From contig NC_058135.1 of NCBI RefSeq assembly GCF_016433145.1, positions 165,257,439 through 165,321,438 of the forward strand: DNA of 64,000 nt, given 5' to 3'. Below are positions 36,086-48,465 of the stretch, piece by piece (the stretch's first letter is position 1; each line of letters opens with the position of its first letter). The notes under the pieces were generated by a model. That model was not told the origin of the DNA. It saw only the letters and a list, made by a program, of their open reading frames with translations, and did not search any database. The DNA comes from Gracilinanus agilis (lineage: Eukaryota). The position numbers and the translations under genes are program-made.

Positions 36086-36301
36086 ATTTTATTTATTTAT
36101 TTTTTAAAAACCCTTACCTCCTGCCTTAGAATCAATACTATGTGTTGGTTCTAAGATAGAAGAGCGCTAAGGGCTAGGCGATGAGGATTAAGTGACTTGC
36201 CCAGGGTCACACAGCTAGGAAGTGTCTGATGCCAGATTTGAACCCAGGACCTCTCATCTCTAGGTCTGGCTCTCAATACACTGAACTACCCAGAGGCCCC
36301 C
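36086..36301 (-). mobile_element. SINE1_Mdo-like SINE
   Basis: Reverse tail, hairpin, CORE and head. Confidence 0.88.
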
Positions 36302-38664
36302 CAAATAAACTATTTAAAAAGAAATCTTAGTTCCTCCGTTTGTTTTTTACCCACAGGGAAATTTCCTTTCCCCCAAAAAACATCTAATTCTATAGGACTA
36401 TGCAGTTCTTGTTACCATGCCAAGGGACTGGGAAGGAATGTAGCATGATTAACTTTTGTTTCTAATGCCAAATTCTTTATCTGAAGTCCCTGAACCATCA
36501 GGTAAAAAAGAGAAGAGCAGTGGCAGCTACCCCTGTGGCCAGCCAGGTCAAAGTCTAGTCCTAAATTTGAAATCAGAGGACTAGGTTTCAAATTACAGCC
36601 CTGTTATTTATTACCTGTGCATCCACGTATACATTATTTTGCCCTATATGGGCTTCCTTTCCTCAGCAGCAACCCTGAAGAGTTGAACTGCACACTTGAT
36701 GGTGTCTGTTCTACTTCAAATCTCATAATCTTAGGCCTGAGATTACTTACTGCCTTCTGGAATGTGCAGGACACTTCCCAGCACCCTTCTAAAAGAAGAC
36801 AAGGAAGTCATCAATGAGTTAAAGAGATGTAAAATTTCATTTTTTGTACCAGGAAAGTGGGGACAGATTTCTCTATTTCCAGCTCTCTGTATCACTGAGG
36901 GAAGAAGGAACAAAATGTTCTAGCATGGGGCCCATCCTCTTTGCTTTATATGGTTATCTCATGGATAGAAATAATCAGATATTGCCTAGGTGGGAATTAT
37001 TTGTGGACTATTCATACTATTTGCCATTCATCCCAGATTTCTAGGTTCACACCCACGTTCAAAATATGCATTGTGGAATCCAGGGCTGCACTCAAAAGTT
37101 AACTGAGGCATACCAGTGGCCCTATTGGCAAAGAGGCAAATGGAGTTTTCAAAAACATTTATGAAATTTGCTTTCCCAACAATAAAATGTAATTTACCAT
37201 TGCTTCAAAGAGAATATACAACTTAACAGTCTCACTAAGATATTTGCATTCAGTCAACATATCTATGATTATAATGAAAAAAAAAGTGTAACAAAGAAAA
37301 TTCCCCAAAGCCATTTAGAAAAAAAGAAAAATGACTCACGTAATCACTGAGTTTGACAAAGGAACTGGTTTCTATATAAAGGATAAACATCCCCAAAATA
37401 GAAGTAACACTTAGTAGAATGTAGCTCCTGGAGAAGTTGTACATTCCAAGCACCAAGAACACAAAGGTTGGTATGTTAGGGCATCTCTACTGGGAATGGA
37501 GTGTGAAGTCCATTAGTAATGAATCTGGAATGCAAATCTATCCTCTCCAAATGGGATTTAAATGTTTCAAGGTAGGAAAACTCCTGTGTTTGTTGGAGCT
37601 GTTATCTGGCTTTAACTTTACTTTGTTGTAAAAAGAAGCATCCCTCTGCTCCCATGTTAACTGCAGCAGATGAAGAATTCCATAGAACATACAGTGCAAT
37701 TCCAAGAGATTAACACTCATGTACAGAATATCTCATATACTACAGCACAGCAAAGGATAGGTTTTCTCCAATCACAATTATTATTTTGATCTGTTGTTAC
37801 GAACATTTACATGTTATCTATTTCCAACACATTATACAGGTTTACTACAATTTGCATTTTAGTAGGGGCCAGAGATAAATGAGGAAGGTTTCCTTGGTAG
37901 AGCCAAAAATAAAGACATCTTCTTAGTCTTGTTCACAGGAAAGAGACTGGCTAGTTTTCTCTGGGGCAAACTATATATAGCATCATTGAACACATCTGGA
38001 ATCTGCATGTGACCTTAGACAATTAATCAGCATATATTTATTAAGCTTTCACTCTTTGTGGACACTAAATTAGGCATACTGATACAAGTATTAAAAAAAT
38101 GAAACAATGCCAAGCTCGTGTTCTAATAGAAGGAAGTGACATCTCAAAAATACTTAGAATAATTCTAGGAGCCATTCCAAGATTGTTTGATTCTCTTACA
38201 GGCACAGTTCCTGGGAGTTTCTCAGTAGAAGTCCCAGATCACAGATAGATGGGTAAGAGCAGGAAAAAAGTAGATATGAATAAGGGGTAGAGAAAGATGA
38301 AAGGTCCATGAATGGGAACGGAATCCTGCTAGTGTATGACAGAAATTGTGTCATACATTTAAAAACTTTTTTTTTTATCAGAACTCTAGTCGACAAACTT
38401 AACTAACTTTACTTACTACTCTCTTTACCTTCAGATTAATCAGGCAATGCAGGAAGCATCTTAATACCTTTTGAACTCCTTGCCATGAGTCCCCATCAGA
38501 ATCCTTGGAACATTTTCACTCATCCTTCAAGGATACTACTTACATTGAAGCAAAAATTTCTTATAGGGGAGCACTGGGAGATATAATTAGTGATATAGAT
38601 GTGGGTCAGATTGTGGAAGACCTTGAATGGCAGACTAAATAATTTGGTCTTTATTATATAAATG

Positions 38665-39170
38665 AGTGTCTTCAAACCCTTTTTTTATCATTCACTTCAA
38701 ATATTTTAAGATAAATTATGTACCCCAATATGTATATTTATTTGCCAAATTATATATAAATTTATATGTATGAATTATTGCACTGATATATAATATATTA
38801 AAGCATATACAAAACAAAATTTTAATGATAAAATATTTTAAAATGTCATTTATTAATGGTACGAACCCTTCTTTCTCTCTCTAAAACATTATGTTATATG
38901 GCTTCCATATTACATTATAAAAATTATTTTCTAGTGAGAGCAATGTGATTGAATATGCTTCATTATTTTCTGAAAATCTTTGGGGATAGGGAGGACTTGG
39001 AAATAATAAATGTTAATAATTATTCAGTTAATTTGATCAATATAACTAGATTAAGATAATTTTCTTTTTTGAGATACTTTACTAAAAGATACACAATGCA
39101 GAAAGTAAAAGGTCATAAAAGTTAACAGAACAGTTTTCTTAGCAGTTGTCTTATTTCTCTAAGACTAGCT
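38665..39170. mobile_element. Possible decayed hAT DNA transposon (AT-rich)
   Basis: Charlie-like end gagtgtcttcaaaccctttttt followed by a very AT-rich core; weak evidence. Confidence 0.3.
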
Positions 39171-39299
39171 ATTCACCATATACAGTAAAAACCCAAATAA
39201 ATGTGAACTGTCTGTGGGTATAATTCAGCAGGAATTTTTTTTTTATAAATCCATTCCTCTTTCTTTGTGTTGTTCTGTTTAGTAAATGCTGTCATTTTC

Positions 39300-39740
39300 T
39301 CTTTGTTTTTAGATATCTTCCTTGTGTTTTTGTATGTTTGAGAGGTATCCAGAAAGCAGTTTGGTTGGACCCTACAGTGCAAGGAAGGAAAGGCAGGATC
39401 CTGGAAAGGTAGGAAGGGGACAAGTGATGAACAGCTTCACTTGTCAGATAGGCATTTATATTTGTCTCTAGAGGCAAAAGAGTCACTGGAGTTTGGTGAA
39501 TAGGGGAATAATGGTCAGATCTAAGCTTTAGGAAAATCACTCTGGCAGAAGAATAGAGGATATGTGAACTGGAATGGGGAGGCCTTGAATCAGGAGAACA
39601 ATTAAGAGGCCATTGCAATAGTCTAGGTGAGGGGTGAACCAAGGTAGCAGTTAGGAATAGAAGGGAGCAGCTGGATTCTAAAGAAAGATAGAGATGATGA
39701 TTTTTGGCAGTTGCTTGGAGTGTCTGATGAGTGAAAATGA
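39300..39740 (-). mobile_element. L2 LINE fragment
   Basis: Antisense L2 text (gaggccattgcaatagtctaggtgagggg; ctaagctttaggaaaatcactctggcag). Confidence 0.75.
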
Positions 39741-40792
39741 GTAGCGAAAAATATGGAGGTTATAAAAATCCATATGAAAAATTGTGCCCTGTACAGATAC
39801 GGATAAGTTTGGAAGGGTTGGAGAGGTCGGGAGGGTAAAGAAAACATGAGATCTTTGATCCATATTGCAGCCCATTCTTATCTGCTGATACTCTATCCCA
39901 ACCAAAATGAAAGTAGAGATGAGGTTTCTTCCTTCCACATCCCTGACTCAAGCATACAGAACCTGGGTTGGGGAGGAGTACTAATGGAGCTGTGAGGTGT
40001 TTGGGGGGAGAGGGGAGAGCAGGGAGTAGGTATGCTGAAGATGGATCATATCTCCCCAATAATGCCTGCACAGTTGCTGCTGTAGGTGCCTCAGTATCCT
40101 GAGGGGCCACACTCAGTCAGAAGCAGAGAGGCTGGGAGCAGCAGCAGGTATGATTGTGTTGAAGATAATCCTCATGATTGGTTACCAAGGAGAGAGCAGG
40201 ACAGACACCATCTTCCCACCTTCTAGAGATTTCATTGCTTAAATCCTTGGCATGGTACCACACCTTGGAGAGCAAGGAGAAAAGGAATAAGGAGCAAAGT
40301 AGAGTGAAAATAGCTATGGACCTGGAGTCAGAAAACTATTCAAATCATGGCTTCTCTTCTTATATTATTGTGACTTTAGACAACTTGCTTAACCTCTTGA
40401 AACCGTTTTCTCATCTATAAAATAGGAATAATAATATTAGTTCTGTCTCAAATAGTACTTTATTCTGTATTTCTCTAATGCACTGACTATGTAATATTGT
40501 ATATTGTAGTTATGTTAGTCTCTACTAATACTTGATACCAAACAGTAACATTAGTGTCACTCTTTACTAGGTGGCAGACTCTCCAATACCATACTGAAAC
40601 TTTCTATCTCCCCCAGTACCTAGCACATTGCTATGCCCACAGAAAGTCCTTAAGATAGTCCTTAAAGATCCTTGTGAGAAAAAAATGCAATACCCAGAAT
40701 AGGAGCTAACATTTGTAACTGCCTGATAATTTGAAAAATGTCTTCTTCTGTGAAACCTTGTGAAATAACATAAATAAATTTCAAGTGAAGTC

Positions 40793-40825
40793 AACAACAA
40801 CAACAGCAACAACAGCAACAACAGC

Positions 40826-40869
<44 letters not shown>
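40793..40869. repeat. Compound (CAA)n/(CAGCAACAA)3 trinucleotide repeat
   Basis: Read directly; explains the poly-Leu ORF on the - strand. Confidence 0.98.
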
Positions 40870-41189
40870 AAGATCCTTATGAGGATCAAAGTATGTAAAA
40901 CTGTCACTATGAGCCTCTATATATGAATGAATGAATGAATGAATGAATGAATGAATTAATGAAGCAGTTATTAAGTACTTTGTGTAAAGCTAAGTACTGA
41001 GGATACAAATAGAACAGTTAGAAAGTCTATGATTTGCTTTAAATTTTTTAAATTAATGATGCTTACTTTTAAATCACTTTCATTACTTAGTATATCCTAT
41101 ACTCATGCCCTCAAGCACAAACATACATACATACTTTTACCTAGGAAGCCATACCTTATAACCAAAAGTTTATTTACACATTTTTAAAT

Positions 41190-42325
41190 CATTATTTTTA
41201 AGATTTATAATTTAAAATTTTAGTTCCAAATTCTCTTCCTCCTTGCCCCTCCTCTATCCATCAAGAAAGCAAGCAATATGATATCAATTATACATGTGAA
41301 ATCATGTAAAGCATATTTCCATATTAGCCATGTTGCAAAAAAAATAGCAAGAAAAGTAAAGAAAGTTTAAAATATGCTTCAATCTGTATTCAGAGTTCAT
41401 CAAATGGATAGTATTTCTCATGAGTCCTTTAGAACTGTATTATAACCAAGAATTTTAAATAGAAAGGAAAATATGCAGTTCATTAAAACCAGAAACCATG
41501 TCAATTAAGTCATATTCCAATTTTTCCAACATTTCACATTCATCTCTGCAAAGAAGGGAACGAGCTACCTTTCCTCAAACTCTTCCCCAGGACCAGCATT
41601 CAGATTTGTTTGTTCTTTTCATTTAAATGTTTGTAGCCATTGTAGTTATTATTTTCCTGGTGCTGCTTACTTATTCTATTCATATAAGTCTTCCTTATAT
41701 GGTCTATGTAGTCATTGTTTTTACCAGACATTCATGTGCCTTGACATTTAAGTACCACGATGATTTGTTTAATCACTCTCTGTTTGATGATCATCAACTT
41801 TGTCTCTGGCTCTTTGATATCATAAAAAAAAGTGTTACTTTAATATTTTAGTGTATTACGGACCTTTCCTTTAGACTTTGACCTCCTTGATATATAGGCC
41901 TAATAGTTGGATCCCCAGTGGAGAATAGGGACAATTCAGTCACTTTTTCAGCATAATCCCAAATCACTGTCCAATAAATAACCCCTTTAATAGTGTATTA
42001 GTATGCCTGCCTTCTGTTAGCCCTTCCAACATCTTTTGTCGTCACTGAAATTTTATTGTGTATGAGGCAAAAATATCTTAGTTATTTTGATTTGCATTTC
42101 TCTTATAATTAGCGACTTGGAGCATTCTTTCATATTGATGTTAATAGTTTATAATTCTTTTGGGAACTGTTTGTTCATGTCCTTTGATCATTTATATATT
42201 CTGAGAGTCTTATATGTGTGTATTAATTCCCTTAGTATCTTGGATATCAGACTCTTTTCAGACATTTTCCATGTAAAGAATTTTCCCTACATCTACAGCT
42301 TCCCTTCTTATCTAGTTGCATTCAT
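41190..42325 (-). mobile_element. L1 LINE 3' fragment (ORF2 end + 3'UTR)
   Basis: The antisense translation ICISLIISDLEHSF...NCLFMSFDHL is typical of L1 ORF2 read backwards; marsupial L1 3'UTR motifs present. Confidence 0.85.
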
Positions 42326-42564
42326 TCTTCCCTGGACAAGTTGTATTTGAAGGACATTTAAGTGCAAATATCCAGTGAGCAGTTGGAAACGTGAAAATGC
42401 TAGAGGGGAAGTTTAATACCGGGGATTACATTTGGGAAGTTATCTGTAGAGAGGCCAGAGTTGATGACATCAGCATGTCTGCCTAGTAATAACTATCAGC
42501 AGTGGAGCCTTCCAGCTGAGAGGCTTCAGAGACATATTCGTAGCCTAACTCATTGTGAGTGTAG

Positions 42565-43501
42565 GTTTCCTTCCTGCTCAGAATCACAATGAATAAATGT
42601 CACCACCTTATGTGACTAGGGGGGTGTTCTGGGCCAGGCCTGACTTAGGTCAGATTTCTGGTTCAGGCCCAGGATTAGAATGGAATAATATGGGAGCAGC
42701 TGGGTGGCTCAGTGGATAGAGAGCCAGGTCTAGAGACAGGAGGTTCTGAGTTCAAATCTGATCTCAGACACTTCCTAGCTTTGTGAGTGACCCTGGACAA
42801 GTCACTTAACTCCCATTACCTAGCCCTTACTGCTCTTCTGCCTTGAAATCAATACACAGTGTTGATTCTAAGAGAGAAAATAATATAATTGTATAAATGT
42901 ATATATAATATAAAATAATATTGAAAAATATTAAAAATAAGGGTTCCAAAAAAAAGAATGAAATAATACACTCATAGGTATCCTTTAACAAAAGATTATT
43001 CAACAACAGCATGAAAAGGCTATCCAGAGAAGATACATCTTTGGTTCAGTTGAACATACCTCCTTCCCTCATTACATCCACATTAGTATATCAGGTCAGA
43101 ATGTCAATCAGCCTTGAGAGGACTTTTATGCCAAGGTGGACAGAGAAGCTTTAGTCCTGTGTGAAGGGAACCCCCTCCCAGGATCACCCATTTGGGTCTG
43201 ACCTGCATCCCTGCCTTCCAGTGTGAGTCACGGGCCAATGACCTAGGTATATGACTCAAAAAGGATCAGGTTAGGATCTGAAGTAAAGGAGAAGATAGAA
43301 AAGAGGGGGTTCCAGGAAGTGGGGCCTCTCTATTCACTCAGGGGAGTGGTGAAAGAAAGATGGCTGAGAGAGCCATGTGGAGAGCACCCAATGGCTAGTT
43401 AGAAATAGGCTTTTCTCTATATCTATCTGCCTTCTCTTATTCAAGTAAATATTAATAAACTCTATGGAAATTAAAGACCAGAGTTTAATTCAGTTTTAAC
43501 A
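42565..43501 (+). mobile_element. Probable solo LTR, interrupted by a SINE1 (42691-42954)
   Basis: Two AP-1 sites (43224-43230, 43252-43258), CCAAT 43235, AATAAA 43454-43459 and a terminal ...TTTAACA at 43501. The SINE TSD agaatg(g/a)aataata (42677-42690 / 42955-42968) shows both flanks were once contiguous. The 5' boundary and LTR TSD were not resolved. Confidence 0.55.
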
Positions 43502-43879
43502 GTCCCTTTGACATACTAAATCTTGAGAACAGTTTCAAAGCCCTTTTAGGGAAAAACTAGCCTTTGTAGCAGGGACCTTCTTGCCATGGTCCCAATTAGA
43601 TTAGTAGTAGATGCTGATCCTCTTCTAGGGAGTCATAGTAGAGAGGTTTTGTGAAAGAAAGACGAAGTGTTCTTAAACCTCTATCAATGGGTGTCAGGAA
43701 AGAGTTGGAGGATTGACCTGAGCTGATCAAATTTTAATGAGCAATGAATATTGATAGGAAATAGCCATTCAACTAAGTTAACTAGCCTCCTGTCTCAAGG
43801 TGTGTTCCTAGGGTTCCCCTTTTCCCACTATCAAGAAAGAACATCCAAAGAATAAGGAATTATCTTCTCAGATGATAGC

Positions 43880-44350
43880 TTTGAAGGTGAGAGTATGCAG
43901 TGGAAACAGATGATTGAAGAGAGCTTTGAGAATACCCACATTTAGGGATCAAGAAGAGAAAGAGCCAGGAAAGGAAAGATCAGAGAAATAACAAAACAAA
44001 ACAAAAAAAAAAGACTAAATTATGTTGTCAAAATCAAGGAAAGGCAGTGAATGATAATGTCAAATATGAAGAAGACTAAAAAGCATGGAAATTCAGTGAG
44101 CCCACAGGCTTCCTTGGGTCACAGGTGACAGGTGTTAGTCTAATGAACTGACCATCAAAGTATAAGTGAAAAAGCTAAAGGAAAACCAGTCTAGGGGTAG
44201 GGGTGTGGAGATGGTTAGCTGAATGTGTGAAGAGAGAGCAGGGTTGAGTGGGATTGCAGAGAGCTTGGGAGGAGAATGAAAGGAGCAGATGTAGAAAAAA
44301 CTAGAAAAAGGAAGTAGTAATATGGGAAAGTCCAAGAGGAAAAGAACATC
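43880..44350 (-). mobile_element. L2 LINE RT-region fragment
   Basis: Antisense L2 purine-rich text (gagaatacccacatttagggatcaagaagagaaagagccagg). Confidence 0.65.
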
Positions 44351-46774
44351 AGAGGTGGAGGAGGGAAAGTCTAGTCAGTAGAACTCTTTAAGACAATATT
44401 TTTTTTTCCTTTTTGCTCTCTCACCCCAGATTCCCAGAACTGACTCTAGGGCTGTGCAGGTAATAAAAACAACACAGTGATGGCGCATAATGTTCTATCC
44501 TTTGAGACACGCATGTTCCTTGATCTCGTCAGTCAGAATTGTTTAGGCTTGTCCCAAGCAATGAAGAACTTGAATTTAATTTGAGCAATTAGTTCACCTG
44601 ACCCCTGATGTCCCTAGGCCAGAAAGTGAAACAACATAAGACTCAAAACTCAAAACAGAAAGGTAAAATGGCACTCCTGTGTGTCTTGGTTGTTTTTCAT
44701 TTGCCCCAACATTGTTATATAATATGCCTGCCGTAGTACCATTCAGAAAGTGAATGACGTTGCTGGGCGAGGGATAACCTTCAGAGGAGTGAAAGGCAAG
44801 TCACTGGGGTTGGCTGGCTGTTAACAAATACCACTGCTCTACTTTAGTCCTGAATTGTCAACAAAAGCCATTGCTCACCTCGCTTCATATGTTCTGTCAA
44901 TGTGACCATTATTATGCCATTTAGTGGTTCCAGCAGGGGTTGGGAGAGAATTCTATTTTTGGCACAGATACAGAGTTTCTCTGGGCCTGACACAACTGCT
45001 TATGCTCAGCTTTACCCATCTGCACCCTACTTAAACCTCTTCACAATTGGATGCTTTATGGGCCAGTCATGGCTGTCTATGTACCACACTTCTTCTTCCC
45101 ATTGGTTTTTGGACAGGAAGCTTTTCATATTCATCACACAACAATGAGTGACAATGTAATATGATTAATGAAAATATAGGACTTGAAGTCAAGAAGACCT
45201 GAATTTTAATACCATCTCACTTACAGGCTATTCAGGAGCATGTCACTTAACCTCATAAATACTTAGTTTTCTCATCTGTAAATTGGGGATAATGATACTT
45301 GTATTACCTACCTCTTATTGATAATTATGAGGAAAGTACCTTAAAAGCCCTAAAGCAGTATCTCTGTAAATTATTATTGTTGGTGGTGCAACTGAAGGAT
45401 AGGGAGCTACAATGAAGAACCACGAGCAGGCCTTTGAAGGGATGGAGCCAGGTGGTAGAATACAGGCAAGGACTTGCCTGAGCTCCTCCAAGTTCCCCTC
45501 TGAACAACTTTAAAATAGCACCTAAATACTTAAAATTCACCTTAATGAATTCCAGAGAAGGAAAATCAACAAAAGGATGGGGTGAAACAGTTTTCCTTCC
45601 AAAGACAACTTAGTAAGTCAGCAGCAAAGATATGTCTCACTAGAGTGAATGTGGAACGTAGGCCAGTGCACAAGCCATTGGGGTGACTGCATGGGAAGTG
45701 ATGACTTCTGGAACTCTCAGTCCACAGACAGTAAGGCTTATCAACTGATAAGGAAGATTATGGGGCAACTGGGTGGCCAAATAAATAGAGATCCAGGCCT
45801 GGGGTCAGGAGGACCTGGTTTTAGATACTTCCTAGCTGTATGACCCTAGGCAAATCACTTAACACCATTTGCCTAGCATTTTCTCTTCTATCTTAGAGTC
45901 GTTAAAAAAGAAAGTAAGGATTTTTTTTTTAAAGGAGATCACATAAGACATTTTGCTGGCATTGTGTGCAAGACTCTGGCCATATGTGGTTCTGGCTATT
46001 AGTCCCAAGGCAAGAAGGAGCAATAGTACCCTAAAGCATTCAGCCACAGTGGAGCAAGGACCCTGGTCACAGTTCTGGGGTAGAAAAGTATTTGTGGCTG
46101 CTCATAGACTACAGCACAGGTCAGGAGAATAGTGATTACATTTCTTCTTAGGTCATACCACCTTAGAAGAACTGAAAACTTATAGAACCTTAGAACTAGC
46201 TTTGAAAATAGCCCAAGTTAAAATTTAAAAGACAAGAAATAGGCTGGAAAAATAAGCACACAATAAAAAAAAAAAAAAAAAAGAACTTGACCATAGAGAG
46301 TTACTAAAGGGACAAGGAAGATCAAAACACAATTTCAGAAGTCAACAATGCCAAAACAGCTACGTGCAGGCTCTGACCCAAAAAGAATTCCTGGGAAAGT
46401 CAAAAAGGATTCAAAAATCAAATAAGAGTTCTAGAGGAAAAATTGGGGAAAAAAATGAGAATGACATAAGAAAATCATGAAAAAAGTCAACAGCTTGAAG
46501 GAGAAGCACGCAAGCGCACGCGCGCGCACACACACACACACATACACACACTCACAACTGAAGAAGATAGTACCTTTAAAAACAAGAAACCAAATGGTAA
46601 AAGAGACACAACAATCAACTGAAGAGAATCGACTGCTCATTAAAAAAATAGAATTGACCAAATGGAAAAAAGATGTATAAAAATTCACTGCTAAAAAAAA
46701 ACAAACTTCTTAAAAAGTAGAATTGGGCACATGGTAAGAGAAGTAGAAAAGCTCTCTGAAGAAATTAATTCTTT

Positions 46775-46953
46775 TTTTTTTTAACCCTTAACTTCTGTGT
46801 ATTGGCTCCTAGCTGGAAGAGTGGTAAGGTGGGCAATGGGGGTCAAGTGACTTGCCCAGGGTCACACAGCTGGGAAGGTCTGAGGCTGGATTGAACCTAG
46901 GACCTCCCATCTCTAGGCCTGACTCTCAATCCACTGAGCTACCTAGCTGCCCT
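46775..46953 (-). mobile_element. Young SINE1 inserted in L1 ORF1
   Basis: TSD gaaattaattcttt at 46761-46774 and 46954-46967. Confidence 0.95.
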
Positions 46954-47139
46954 GAAATTAATTCTTTAAAAAAAAAATTAGAATTGGGCAAGTGGAAGCT
47001 AATGACATCATAAGACATCAAGAAATAGTAAAACAAAATCAAAAGAATGAAAAAATAGGAGAAAATGTGAAAATATCTCATTGGAAAAATAACTAACTTA
47101 GAAAATAGATCCAAGAGATATAATTTAAGAACTATTAGA

Positions 47140-47418
47140 TCCAGAGAAAGAACTGTGGGAGTAGAAAGAAGAAAAACAACTTCTTGATCACATGGGTTGA
47201 TGGGGATATGATTGGGGATGTAGACTCTAAATAATCACCCTAATGCAAATATTAATAATGTGGAAATAGTCTTGATCAATGGCACATGTAAAACCCAGTA
47301 GAATTGCTCATTGGCTACAGGAGGGGGATGGGAGGAAGGAGGGAAAGAACATGAATCATGTAACCATGGAAAAATAGTCTAAATTAATTAATTAAATAAA
47401 ATTCTTCAAATAAAAAAG
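47140..47418 (+). mobile_element. 5'-truncated younger L1 (3'UTR only) inserted in the old ORF1
   Basis: TSD gaactattaga at 47129-47139 and 47419-47429; A-rich tail; same family as the - strand copy at 51672-52330. Confidence 0.85.
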
Positions 47419-47974
47419 GAACTATTAGACCAATGAATGTTCAAAATAAATAAAGCTTCACTAAGATGTACAGACAATGGTGCATGCTTTTATATTTGCA
47501 AGTTGCAAATCCCCATAGGACCTGAAGTCTGAACCATGGTGACCTTTGAGTCAGGATTATAGGCAGGGTGATACAGTTTGCTTTGCTGGCAAGGAAACTC
47601 TGAGCATCCAGGATATGGTGGACTTAGAATTGAGATGGAGTTTGGGATTGTGCTCTGTGAGATGAACTAAACTATGAACCTCATCCCCTTCCTCTCCTCA
47701 GAGACTGAGGTGGAAAAGGAGGGAAGGGGGATTATGTCTTCCACATATTGGGGGAAGTATATTTGTATATTTGTGATTATATTTTGCAGTAAATATTCTT
47801 CCTCTTTGTAAAAGCTCAACAAATATAAGATTGTTCTCCAAAATGTTTTCACCAATTCCTCCAAGAATTCTTCAGTATCTATTTCTCCACAGCCACATGG
47901 GTAGATAAATGCCAGCTTGAAGCTAATAAGACCAAGATTCAATTCTTGGGCTCAAACTCTTTTTTTAAAAAAAT

Positions 47975-48465
47975 GTTTTTATTTGTTTTGTTAAATATTT
48001 CCCAAATACGCATTTAGAAAATTTTTAACATTCTTTTTTAAAAAAAGAGTTCTAAATTCCCTTCCTCTTGCCTCTACCCCACCCCCTTGAGAAAGCAAGC
48101 AATATGATATTGATTATACATGTAAAGTCATAAAAACATATTCTCTTATTTGTCATGTTGCAAAAGAAAACACACACAAAACAATAAAAATAAGAAAATG
48201 AAAAAAGGATACTTCAATATGCCCTCATTGTTTATCAGTTAAAGAGTAAAGTCCTTCATAATAAATGACCTTTACAATATTGCTATTATTACATACAATG
48301 TTCTCTTCACTTTACTTTGCATGAATTCATTTCTTCCCAGATTTCTCTGAAATCATCCTGCTTGTCATTTCTTATAACACAATAATATACCATCACAATC
48401 ATATATCACAACTTGTTCAGCCTTTTCCCAATTGATGAGCATCCCCTCAATTTCCAATTCTTTTT
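47975..48465 (-). mobile_element. L1 3'UTR fragment
   Basis: Same motifs as 41190-41800 (aaagcaagcaatatgatattgattatacatgt). Confidence 0.8.

Larger units (their letters stand above)
45960..47450 (+). mobile_element. Old marsupial L1: 5'UTR remnant + ORF1, 3'-truncated, with nested insertions
   Basis: Degenerate ORF1: KNLTIESY..DKEDQNTISEVNNAKTATC ... KSRIGHMVREVEKLSEEINS ... RIGQVEANDIIRHQEIVKQNQKNEKIGENVKYLIGKITNLENRS. Confidence 0.88.

Noticed and set aside
39760-40110. 116-aa ORF considered as an env/HEMO remnant
   Set aside because: GTG start; no CWLC, furin, CX6CC or TM signatures; no similarity to HEMO as I recall it.
40567-40869. 100-aa poly-Leu ORF on the - strand
   Set aside because: Translation of the (CAA/CAG)n microsatellite; no splice or promoter context.
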